Shown in pieces: positions 1-8,403 of a DNA stretch of 49,112 nt. A program made the translations under genes and the position numbers. The DNA is from an uncultured Bacteroidales bacterium. Lineage in GTDB: Bacteria; Bacteroidota; Bacteroidia; Bacteroidales; S143-33. Position 1 is the stretch's first letter. Each line of letters opens with the position of its first letter. A model generated the notes under the pieces. It searched no databases and was not told the DNA's origin. It worked only from the letters and a program-made list of their open reading frames with translations. The stretch lies in the NCBI GenBank assembly GCA_964637235.1, contig CAZWVR010000004.1, positions 1 to 49,112 of the forward strand, read 5' to 3'.

Positions 1-48
1 TCCTGTACTAAAAAAACTAAAAGTAAACCTATTGAAAACAGGGACACG

Positions 49-495
49 ATGACTGTTTCTTTGAAATCTGATAGTACCACAAGAAATATTCAAACTTCAG
101 ATACAATAAAGAAGCATGCAAGCACTACTGAAGATGGAAAGGTTATTGTACTTACAACAGAGACTTTTAAAAAGAGAGTGTTTGATTATGAGCATAATAC
201 AGAATGGAATTATTTGGGGGATAAACCGGCTATTATAGATTTTTATGCAGATTGGTGCGGACCGTGTAAAAGAGTAGCTCCTATATTTGACGAATTGGCG
301 AAAGAATATGCAGGTAAGTTATATATTTATAGATTGAATGTGGATGAAAATAGAGAGGTAGCTTCTGTATTCGGCATAAGAAGTATTCCTTCAATTCTTT
401 TTATACCTATGAATGACAAGCCTCAGATGGCAGTGGGTGCATATCCCAAAGAATTTTATGTAAAAGCTATTCATGATATACTTAAAATTAAATAA
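49..495 (+). CDS. thioredoxin with ~40-aa N-terminal extension
   Basis: 148-aa ORF with the canonical WCGPC active site (DFYADWCGPCKRVAP) and a downstream cis-Pro segment (RSIPSILF) typical of the Trx fold. Confidence 0.85.
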   Translation: MTVSLKSDSTTRNIQTSDTIKKHASTTEDGKVIVLTTETFKKRVFDYEHNTEWNYLGDKPAIIDFYADWCGPCKRVAPIFDELAKEYAGKLYIYRLNVDENREVASVFGIRSIPSILFIPMNDKPQMAVGAYPKEFYVKAIHDILKIK

Positions 496-553
496 ATACT
501 GACAAAATTTCAGATTAAAGATTTTTGGTCTTAAATTTGAAAACAAAATAAAA

Positions 554-988
554 ATGAAAATAGCATTAATAATTGTGGGTGTTCTTTTCTTGCTATTTGT
601 ACTTTATTTAGGGATTTCAATATATAAATTTCGTAAAAATTTAGCAACTTATGACCCAAAGAAAGATAGCGATAAACTGATAATTTTAAATGACAATACA
701 TTTTTTAGTAAAATAAAAACAGGCGTGGCTCTTGTGGATTTTTGGGCAGAATGGTGTCAACCATGTAAAATACAAGGACCGATAGTAAGTGAACTGGCAG
801 AGGAATTTCATAAAAAAGCTAAAATATGTAAATTGGACGTAGAGCATAACAAAAAGGTGGCTTATAAGCTTAATATTAGAAATATCCCGACAATAATAAT
901 TTTTAAAAATGGTAAGGAAGTTCAGAGATTTATAGGACTTAAACCTAAAAATGTTCTTAAAAAAGCTTTATTAAAGTACTTATCATAA
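554..988 (+). CDS. membrane-anchored thioredoxin (WCQPC variant)
   Basis: 144-aa ORF. N-terminal hydrophobic helix (IALIIVGVLFLLFVLYLGISIY), then a Trx fold with VDFWAEWCQPCKIQGP and NIPTIIIF. Confidence 0.8.
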   Translation: MKIALIIVGVLFLLFVLYLGISIYKFRKNLATYDPKKDSDKLIILNDNTFFSKIKTGVALVDFWAEWCQPCKIQGPIVSELAEEFHKKAKICKLDVEHNKKVAYKLNIRNIPTIIIFKNGKEVQRFIGLKPKNVLKKALLKYLS

Positions 989-999
989 AAAGTGCTCAT

Positions 1000-1584
1000 A
1001 TGGAAATAAAAGAAGTTGTTTCATATAACGATTTACAGGAAAAATTGGCAAATAGTAAAAAATCTTATGTTTTAATATATAAATCTGGTTCAGCTCAAAG
1101 TGATTGTGCATATAATAATATTAAGAAGGTACCTGATGTTAAAGATGTTCAAATTTTAGGTGTTGATGTAAATTATGTGAGAGATGTTCATGCTCATTAT
1201 AATGTTAAAACAGCTCCTACCTTATTAGAATTTTCAGGGGATAAGATGTTAAAAGCTTTGAAAGGCTGCCATGATAGTGGATATTATAAAGCTATATTTG
1301 AAGATGCAGTATTTACTGTTCAGCAAGAGAAAGAAGGTAAGAAGCAAAAAAATGTAGTTATATATACAACTCCCAGTTGTCCATGGTGCAATAGGTTGAA
1401 GCAATATTTAAAGATGCATAAAATCCGTTATCGTGATATTGATGTTTCTAAGGATCCACGTATGGCACAAGAATTAGTAAAAAAGAGTGGACATACGGGA
1501 GTACCTCAGGCAGAAATTGATGGACAAATAGTTGTTGGCTTTGATAAGAAAAAAATAGACCGTCTTTTAGAAATAAAAGCTTAA
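1000..1584 (+). CDS. fusion of a single-Cys thioredoxin-fold domain with a C-terminal glutaredoxin-like (CPWC) domain
   Basis: 194-aa ORF. The C-terminal half (VVIYTTPSCPWCNRLKQYL...GVPQAEIDGQIVVGFD) matches the glutaredoxin/NrdH-like pattern. The N-terminal ~100 aa has a Trx-like layout with only one Cys (SAQSDCAY) where CxxC would sit. Confidence 0.7.
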   Translation: MEIKEVVSYNDLQEKLANSKKSYVLIYKSGSAQSDCAYNNIKKVPDVKDVQILGVDVNYVRDVHAHYNVKTAPTLLEFSGDKMLKALKGCHDSGYYKAIFEDAVFTVQQEKEGKKQKNVVIYTTPSCPWCNRLKQYLKMHKIRYRDIDVSKDPRMAQELVKKSGHTGVPQAEIDGQIVVGFDKKKIDRLLEIKA

Positions 1585-1610
1585 TTGTTAAACCATAAAA
1601 ATTATAAGCA

Positions 1611-1895
1611 ATGAAAGAATTACAACCTATCAACCAAAATGTAGTAATTGAACCGGAAGAGGAAAAGGAATACAAAACTCCAAGTGGGTTGTACATTCCA
1701 GAAACAGCCAAAGAAAAAAAAGCTGTGGGTACTGTAATTGCATTGAGTAATATAGAAAATCCAGAGATTGCTGTGGGAGATAAGGTTATTTATAAATCTT
1801 ATTCTGGGAATGAAGTTGAACTTGATGACAAAAAGTATTTAATTGTTCAATATTCTGACATTTTGGCAAAAATTGTTGAAACTGAAGAGATTTAA
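1611..1895 (+). CDS. groES: co-chaperonin GroES (Cpn10), not followed by groEL
   Basis: 94-aa ORF aligns by eye with GroES: mobile-loop region KTPSGLYIPETAKEKKAVGTVIA, then VGDKVIYKSYSGNEVELDDKKYLIV..SDILA. The next gene is convergent, so no groEL is present here. Confidence 0.8.
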   Translation: MKELQPINQNVVIEPEEEKEYKTPSGLYIPETAKEKKAVGTVIALSNIENPEIAVGDKVIYKSYSGNEVELDDKKYLIVQYSDILAKIVETEEI

Positions 1896-1921
1896 CAATA
1901 GGTTTTATTTTAAATTAGTGC

Positions 1922-1970
1922 AGCTCTCTGAAATACCTAAAAATAAGGTAGGTCAGAGAGCTTTTTTTTT
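1922..1970. terminator. hairpin terminator between convergent groES and the oxidoreductase gene
   Basis: Perfect 10-bp stem AGCTCTCTGA (1922-1931) / TCAGAGAGCT (1953-1962), followed by a run of nine T on the + strand. It lies directly after the stop of the - strand gene as well. Confidence 0.7.
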
Positions 1971-3456
1971 AATTAGGAGACCATTCATAGGTTTTTATCA
2001 GATGGGGAAATGCATAAGTTTTGTATAAAGATTTATTTTTCATAACTCGTAAACAATCCTGAATACCTTCTGTGATACTGGGGTGGGGGTGTATTGTTCT
2101 TAAAATTTGGTCTATACTATTCTTTTGATTTATCATATGGGCTATTGAAACGATAAAAGCAGAGGCTTGTGGTCCTGCTGCCCGCATACCTAAAATACGT
2201 TCCTCACCGTCATTACTGGCTAAAATTTTAATAAAACCGTTTGTATTTCTCATAGCTATTGCCCTATTTATTAGCTTATTAGAATAGAATACCATTTTGT
2301 ATGGAATTTTTCGTTCTCTTAATTGTTTTTCGTTTAAACCCACAGCTGCTAATTCTGGTTTAAAAAACATCAGTGTAGGTAAGTTATAAATACTAAACGG
2401 ATAAGATATTTGATCGTAAATTGCTCTAATTACGAAGCGACCTTGTTGTTCTCCGATACTGTATAATTGAGAGGTTCCAGTGACGTCTCCTGCTGCGTAG
2501 ATGTTTTTATAGCCATATTGGGATTTAACCATAAATTTGTCGTTTATAGGGAGATATCCGCGTTTATCTGGGTAAATACCTACTTTTTCCAGATTTAGGT
2601 TGTCGGTATTAGGTACCCTACCGATGGAAATAAGAGCTGCGTCTGTTTCGATTACTTGGCTGTGTCCATCTTTGTAGTCAAGAATTACTTCGAGATTATT
2701 TTCAGAAGTTTTTTGTAGATGTCTTAGATTTGCGGTATAATGGATAATTACTCCATTGTTTTCCAGATTTTTAGCTACGAAATCGCTAACGTCGTCATCT
2801 TCGAAGGGAATAACTCTATGTTGTCTATCAAGTAGATGTACTTCTGTTTGTTTAAAATTTGAGAATATTGTAGCGTATTCTGTGCCAATGATACCTGAGC
2901 CTATGATTATAAGTTTTTCCGGGAATTTTTCTAATCGTAAGATATCGTCAGAAGTGATAATGTGTTTTCTATCTATTTCGATTCCGGGATATTCTCTGGG
3001 TCGTGAGCCAGTAGCAATTATGATGTATTCTGCTTTAATAATTTCTTTTGCGCCTGTTTTATTTGTTATTTCCAAAGTATGATTATCTATAAATTTAGCA
3101 GTACCGTTTTTAAAGGTAATACTTTTATCAGGGAATTTTCCGGGTGAGAAGCTTTCTATTTGAGATTTTATTTGAAAAATTTTTTCTTTTGCTGCTGTTC
3201 TGACAGTTTTAATGACTTCTTTAAAATCGAGAGATATATTTGAGGTTCGATATCCTCTGTCTGTTCTTGTTGCTATTGAGTAATCTATGGAAAGATGCCA
3301 TAGAGTTTTTGATACTAATGCGCCGAATATTCCGCCCATTCCGCCGGCTGTATTTTTTTCGATAAGGCAAATATGTTTATTGAAGTCCATTGCCCTCATT
3401 GCTGCTGCAAATCCAGCAGCTCCTGCTCCAATTATTGCGATATCGTATTTTTTCAT
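1969..3456 (-). CDS. FAD/NAD(P)-dependent pyridine nucleotide-disulfide oxidoreductase family protein (Lpd/SthA-like) lacking the redox-active CxxxxC
   Basis: N-terminal Rossmann motif DIAIIGAGAAG, second dinucleotide fold IIIGSGIIGTEYA, and a C-terminal dimerisation-domain HPHPSITEG motif. Where Lpd has GGVCLNVGCIPSK this protein has GGMGGIFGALVSK. The ATG at 3456 (MKKYDIAIIG) is preferred over the TTG at 3474 in the ORF track. Confidence 0.8.
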   Translation of the reverse strand: MKKYDIAIIGAGAAGFAAAMRAMDFNKHICLIEKNTAGGMGGIFGALVSKTLWHLSIDYSIATRTDRGYRTSNISLDFKEVIKTVRTAAKEKIFQIKSQIESFSPGKFPDKSITFKNGTAKFIDNHTLEITNKTGAKEIIKAEYIIIATGSRPREYPGIEIDRKHIITSDDILRLEKFPEKLIIIGSGIIGTEYATIFSNFKQTEVHLLDRQHRVIPFEDDDVSDFVAKNLENNGVIIHYTANLRHLQKTSENNLEVILDYKDGHSQVIETDAALISIGRVPNTDNLNLEKVGIYPDKRGYLPINDKFMVKSQYGYKNIYAAGDVTGTSQLYSIGEQQGRFVIRAIYDQISYPFSIYNLPTLMFFKPELAAVGLNEKQLRERKIPYKMVFYSNKLINRAIAMRNTNGFIKILASNDGEERILGMRAAGPQASAFIVSIAHMINQKNSIDQILRTIHPHPSITEGIQDCLRVMKNKSLYKTYAFPHLIKTYEWSPN

Positions 3457-3466
3457 AGTTTTATAT

Positions 3467-5716
3467 TTATTCAAAATTTTTAGTGCGTTTTAGAACACCT
3501 TTTTTCCACTTTTCTTTTTTTATTTTTTTACCATTTTTATCATAGAAAATCCATTTACCGTGTTTTTTACCTTTTTTATAATGTCCTTTTATTTTTAGGG
3601 CTCCTGTTTTGTAGTAAAATTCGGCGTCTCCGTCTAATATTCCATTTTTATAGTTTAGTAAAGCTTTTTGTGCTCCATTGGTGTGGTATTCTTTGTAGAT
3701 TCCATTGGGTAAGTCATTGGAGAATGCGACTTCTGCTCTAAGTATATTTTCGTTGTTATCATAGTAGAAATATGCGACTCCTTGGATTTTATCGTCCACA
3801 TACGGGATTATGCTTTTCAGTTTTCCATCTGGATAGTAAGTTCGCCATTGTCCTTGCATTTTTCCATCTTGGATTTTTCCTTCTATTTTCAGTTTAGTTT
3901 GGGTTTCTGGATCGTAATATTCTTTATATTCGCCGTCTTCTTCTTTTGCAGCTGCACTTATTTGTATTTTGTATCCCATCGTATCAATGAAATCTGTAAG
4001 TAGGTTTTCTTCGCTTTCTTGTATCATAATTTGTGCGAGTTCGTCTGTTGGTGCCTCTGGGTCGTATTCTGTCATAAGAAGTGATTTAAATCCTTTGTTA
4101 TCGGTGATAAATTGCAGTCCTATGTATGAAAAACTTGTTATTAAATCTTTATTGTTATTGAGGTCTTTTCTATCTTTTGGATCTGTATATAGGTAAAGAG
4201 TTGGATACATTTTAGGCATTTGTATGAATATTGCGATAGTGTTTTTGGCATAAAAATCGTCAATGAAAGAAGCAAATTTTTCGTTATTTTCAATAGTTTG
4301 TCCTTTTAGATAGTCGTCAATAATTTGTTCTAAAAGTTCCAATGAATTAGTAAAAACTATATAGTTATCAATAGCAGTGTAGTAAGGTTTTTCAATTTTT
4401 TCAAAAAGTTTTCCGAAGAAGAATTTAAAGAATTTTTTATAATGTAGGTAATTGATAGTGAAGTTTCTATAATTGAATTTTTTAAAGGAGAATGGAGAGA
4501 TTTTTCGTATTTGGTTTGTGATATTTTGCAAACCAGCTAATGCAAGGCTGGTGTCAGTAGCTTTTATTACCAGGGCGATATCTTGCATTCTGGATTGTTT
4601 GGAGAGTGGGCGTATTTTATAGATTGTTATTTCGTTATCTATCCAGCCGAATAGATCTTTTTCAATGTCTATTTTGAAAGTATTTTTTAGGATTTTCAGT
4701 CCTTTTTGCATTTCTGCGGCGAATTGAGGGTCTGTTTTTTCGTATTGGGATAACAGGTTGTGATAGAATTCGGAGAAGTCGGAGAAGCCAATACTAATAA
4801 AAGCCGCAGTTTTATTTGTCATAATTTTATAGGAGTTCAGTCTGCCGGGTTTAAGCGATATAAGTGCTTGTGCATATGAGCCAAGAGTATCTATTGTTGT
4901 ATATCCTTCTAAAATAAATCTATCTTGGATTACATCAAAGTCAAGGTTGGAATATTTTAGTGTTTTAGAGAGCATTTCTATTGTAGGATCTTTTTCTGTC
5001 AGATATATATTTGCGAAATCGTCTAATATTTTGTAGTTTATGTATATTTTAGCGATTTTTTCTGTTGTATTATTTTTTATAATTTCTTGAAAATCTTTAT
5101 CGTATAGCCAGTGATTATCGTCTTTTTCTTTTATTGCTAATGCGATAATGTCTTTGGTATAACTGGCAGCTAATACATTGTTTATCACGGCTATATATAA
5201 GATATCTTTTGGGTTTTCCTCGTCAATAAGTTCTAAAATTGTATATTTGTTATTGTTTATGATAAGTTGTGATTTTTTAAGTTTGTATCCTTCAATAAAA
5301 TTTAGCATTGAGTTAAAATCATTAATAATTTGAGAGGCGGAGGATAAGTTCATAAGATAAAGAAAATCCCAATTAGTTTTATCTACTACGGCAGCCATTA
5401 TAATTTCTTGATTTTCAAATAGATATTTTGCTATTTTATTAGAATCTAAAAACATATCCACATAGTTAATATCTTCGTCCCATTCTTTAAAATACTTTGT
5501 TTTTATCAGTTTTTGCCATAGTGGCGTATTACTAAGTTTTGTCCAAGCTTCTGATATATCGTTAGTTTGCAGGATAAAGAAACTTTCTTTTGGTACGAGG
5601 TTGAAGGTTGATATTTGAGGGGTCTTTTTAATTTTTGTAATGTAAATATAATATCCCCCAATACCCAAGGCTAATAGTAGAATAAGCCAAATTAAGAATT
5701 TAAATATTTTTTTCAT
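3467..5716 (-). CDS. membrane-anchored protein with C-terminal MORN-variant (YwqK-like) repeats
   Basis: 749-aa ORF. N-terminal TM helix (FLIWLILLLALGIGGYYIYI). The C-terminal ~140 aa holds repeated G-x-G-x-W/Y-x-x-YY-x-x-G-x-L units (GKMQGQWRTYYPDGKLK, NGIYKEYHTNGAQK, DGDAEFYYKTGALK, HGKWIFYDKNGKK). The function of the central region is unknown. Confidence 0.5.
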   Translation of the reverse strand: MKKIFKFLIWLILLLALGIGGYYIYITKIKKTPQISTFNLVPKESFFILQTNDISEAWTKLSNTPLWQKLIKTKYFKEWDEDINYVDMFLDSNKIAKYLFENQEIIMAAVVDKTNWDFLYLMNLSSASQIINDFNSMLNFIEGYKLKKSQLIINNNKYTILELIDEENPKDILYIAVINNVLAASYTKDIIALAIKEKDDNHWLYDKDFQEIIKNNTTEKIAKIYINYKILDDFANIYLTEKDPTIEMLSKTLKYSNLDFDVIQDRFILEGYTTIDTLGSYAQALISLKPGRLNSYKIMTNKTAAFISIGFSDFSEFYHNLLSQYEKTDPQFAAEMQKGLKILKNTFKIDIEKDLFGWIDNEITIYKIRPLSKQSRMQDIALVIKATDTSLALAGLQNITNQIRKISPFSFKKFNYRNFTINYLHYKKFFKFFFGKLFEKIEKPYYTAIDNYIVFTNSLELLEQIIDDYLKGQTIENNEKFASFIDDFYAKNTIAIFIQMPKMYPTLYLYTDPKDRKDLNNNKDLITSFSYIGLQFITDNKGFKSLLMTEYDPEAPTDELAQIMIQESEENLLTDFIDTMGYKIQISAAAKEEDGEYKEYYDPETQTKLKIEGKIQDGKMQGQWRTYYPDGKLKSIIPYVDDKIQGVAYFYYDNNENILRAEVAFSNDLPNGIYKEYHTNGAQKALLNYKNGILDGDAEFYYKTGALKIKGHYKKGKKHGKWIFYDKNGKKIKKEKWKKGVLKRTKNFE

Positions 5717-5717
5717 T

Positions 5718-6731
5718 TTATTTGTTTTTTCTGGTTAGTATTTGTGAGATATTAAAGGTTAATGAAAAGTTGTTCATATTAGCTGCAACGTAATATTTTG
5801 AAAATGAATAGTTTATGCTAATATTATAGAGTTTTATGCCTAAACCAAAATTAAAGCCCGGGGAACCTAAAAGTCCTTGAATATGCATTTCTTGGTGTCG
5901 TTTGTAGTTGAAACCTATATCTGCGTAGAAGAATTTGCTTGGGATAATTTCTACGCCAAATATTAGATGACGGAGAAGGTTTTCTCCGTAGTCCCAGATT
6001 TTCGCTCTGTTGTATGTTTGGTACAAGAGGTTAAATTTATTTAAGTAATGTGCTGTTAAAGAGAATCGAAATGGAGCGTGTTTTAGTTTTTGTGAGAATC
6101 CAAGAGCAATATCAAAAGGTAGTTGTTCTTTATTTTGGGGTACATAAGTTTTTATTTGGGTGCCAATATTTTTCAGCACTATTCCAATTCCTGTTAGATA
6201 ATCTTTTGAATGGTAAAATAAGCCTAAGTCTGCTGCAATGCCAGTGGATATGTATTTGTAAAGATGTGAGTATATTGGTTTGACATTTACGCCAAAAACG
6301 ACTTGGGTGTCTATTGATATTGCCCATATTATATTTAGAGCTAATTCATTTGCTGTAAATTTGCCTGTTATATTTCCTTGTTCGTCCGCTTGTGTAAAAG
6401 TGCCGTAATTGATGTATTTTATTCCAGTTGCAAATGTTCCGAATTTTTTAGCATCTATGGCATAAGATAAATATCCGGTTTTTATTCCAGCAACAAATGA
6501 GCTGTAATTCAGGTAGATATAATTATTTAAAGAGCTATCTATAAGTGCGGGATTATTTTCTGCCAGAGATAGATCTTTATCGTAAATAGATACATTCATA
6601 CCTCCCAAAGCCGCTATTCTGGGGGAATTTGGATAGTCTAAAAAAGCAAATATTGTCTGTCCTCCATATTGCGCATATAATGTCTTGATAAATAGTATGA
6701 AAATGAGTAATAAACTTTTTTGTTTAGCCAT
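5718..6731 (-). CDS. porQ: type IX secretion system PorQ-like outer-membrane protein
   Basis: 337-aa ORF with a signal peptide. The N-terminal signature GGQTIFAFLDYPNSPRIAALGG matches the PorQ-family motif as I recall it. The protein is rich in alternating beta-strand-like segments. Confidence 0.65.
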   Translation of the reverse strand: MAKQKSLLLIFILFIKTLYAQYGGQTIFAFLDYPNSPRIAALGGMNVSIYDKDLSLAENNPALIDSSLNNYIYLNYSSFVAGIKTGYLSYAIDAKKFGTFATGIKYINYGTFTQADEQGNITGKFTANELALNIIWAISIDTQVVFGVNVKPIYSHLYKYISTGIAADLGLFYHSKDYLTGIGIVLKNIGTQIKTYVPQNKEQLPFDIALGFSQKLKHAPFRFSLTAHYLNKFNLLYQTYNRAKIWDYGENLLRHLIFGVEIIPSKFFYADIGFNYKRHQEMHIQGLLGSPGFNFGLGIKLYNISINYSFSKYYVAANMNNFSLTFNISQILTRKNK

Positions 6732-7002
6732 TTTTTAATTTATCAATAAAAAACTTTTTTTCAAACATAAAAATCTATTTTATTTTTTCAAAGAGAAACC
6801 GCATTAAAAAATCATTTGTTTTAAGCTTAATGCTATTTTGCATTAAAAAAAAATTGTATTTTCTTTGGAATTTGGAATTTTATTACATAGAATTTACAAC
6901 AAGTTGTAGTTTTTTATAAAATTTTTTGTTCTTAAATAAAAATTTAAAAGTGCAAAATAGTGTTTTTGGTCAAAAAGTAAACTATATTTTACAAATAATT
7001 AT

Positions 7003-7010
7003 TATTTTTG
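7003..7010 (+). promoter_or_regulatory. Bacteroidota-type -7 promoter box (TAnnTTTG)
   Basis: TATTTTTG lies 18 nt upstream of the ATG at 7028, inside a ~300-nt AT-rich divergent intergenic region. Confidence 0.4.
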
Positions 7011-7027
7011 TATAAAAGTCTAACAAA

Positions 7028-8362
7028 ATGCGATATTCTATTTTTTTTGTAATTTTAAGTTTTCTGTTTATTTCTTGTGGATTTAATTTAAATGAATCAG
7101 AAAAAGATTTTGATGCAAAGCCAAATATTGTTCAACAGTCAGAAAATACAGCTTCTATTTTAGATATTTTGTCAAAAATAGATAGGAATTATGTTCCTAC
7201 TGAGGTATCTCAATATTTTAATGCAAGTAAAGAGGTTTCTTTAATTGAAAAGAATGATTATACAGAATTTTTGACTCAGAATAGCAAGGTTTCCGTAGCT
7301 ATTTATAAGCCAGATAGTCAGAATGAATTGCTTATTTTTTATGGCTATGAGAAAAAAAACGATAAATATGTTAATTACTTTTATTTTTTGCGGAATATGG
7401 AATATTATTGGTCAAATGTGACGCAATTAGTTATTACTGATGAGTTATTGCAGAAAATTAGTAATCAGTTGGGTAAAAATTTGCAATATCATAAAGACGA
7501 TGTAAAAGAATTTTATGCCTATTATTCAGCACCGTCAGATTTTTATTTGAAATTCATTATTAAAGGTAAATCTTTTTGGCTGTATAAATGTAAAGATAAG
7601 ACCGAAGTACTATTTTTAAAGGTCAAATGGCAAGAGGGGAGATTTGTTGATGGCAAAGTACATAAGCCTAATGTAATAATAGATACATTGAATAACAGTG
7701 AACTACCTCCTCCTATATCAGATGCGAGTTTAGATAAGCAAAAGCGCTACACTGATTTAACAGAAGCACTCAGATATCCTCAGAACGTTTATATTTTAGA
7801 TTTAACAGGTTTGGGTATAGATTCTGTACCATCTGAAATAAAAAATTTAAAAAAGCTTCAAATTCTAATTCTGAACGATAATTTTTTAGAAACTTTACCT
7901 AAGGAAATTTGTGAACTACCTAATTTACAAATAATACGAGCTTCTGACAATAATATTCACTATTTGCCATCAGAATTTGGAAAATTAAAGAACTTGGAGG
8001 AATTAACTTTAAATGATAATCATTTGGAATATTTGCCTGTTTCTATATCAAAACTTAAAAAGTTGAAAATCCTTAATTTAGGAAATAATAATTTAAAGAG
8101 CTTAGTTATAGATTTTTCACAAATGCCTAATTTAACTATTTTGGATTTGAGTAATAACAAATTTGTAGATTTACCTACATCTTTAATGAAGCTCAAAAAT
8201 TTGCAATCGTTGGATATTTCCGGTAATCCTATTAAAGCTTTGCCGCATTTTATTTTTCAGATGAAAACTCTTTCATACATAAATCTTAAAAATACACAGG
8301 TGCCTCAGCAACAGATTGAAGAGTTAGAAAATACTTTCCCTGATGCTATGATTGTTTATTAG
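7028..8362 (+). CDS. leucine-rich-repeat (LRR) lipoprotein
   Basis: Lipobox (FLFISCG). The C-terminal half holds about 7-8 tandem 23-aa LRR units of the LxxLPxxIxxLxxLxxLxLxxNxL type (nt ~7795-8300). Confidence 0.8.
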   Translation: MRYSIFFVILSFLFISCGFNLNESEKDFDAKPNIVQQSENTASILDILSKIDRNYVPTEVSQYFNASKEVSLIEKNDYTEFLTQNSKVSVAIYKPDSQNELLIFYGYEKKNDKYVNYFYFLRNMEYYWSNVTQLVITDELLQKISNQLGKNLQYHKDDVKEFYAYYSAPSDFYLKFIIKGKSFWLYKCKDKTEVLFLKVKWQEGRFVDGKVHKPNVIIDTLNNSELPPPISDASLDKQKRYTDLTEALRYPQNVYILDLTGLGIDSVPSEIKNLKKLQILILNDNFLETLPKEICELPNLQIIRASDNNIHYLPSEFGKLKNLEELTLNDNHLEYLPVSISKLKKLKILNLGNNNLKSLVIDFSQMPNLTILDLSNNKFVDLPTSLMKLKNLQSLDISGNPIKALPHFIFQMKTLSYINLKNTQVPQQQIEELENTFPDAMIVY

Positions 8363-8403
8363 TTTGTGGTATTAAATTTGATTAAATAATAAAAAAGATA
8401 ATT

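Noticed and set aside
1448-2028. Small ORFs at 1448-1711 (-) and 1843-2028 (+).
   Set aside because: They overlap the grx-like and groES genes or the terminator and oxidoreductase 3' end, and have no motifs. They are best explained as chance ORFs in AT-rich sequence.
6732-7027. Small repeats and palindromes in the porQ/LRR divergent intergenic region (GCATTAA...TTAATGC, a GGAATTT tandem, ACAAC-AA-GTTGT).
   Set aside because: They are short, A/T-rich and expected by chance at this composition. There is no second occurrence elsewhere in the window to support a motif.
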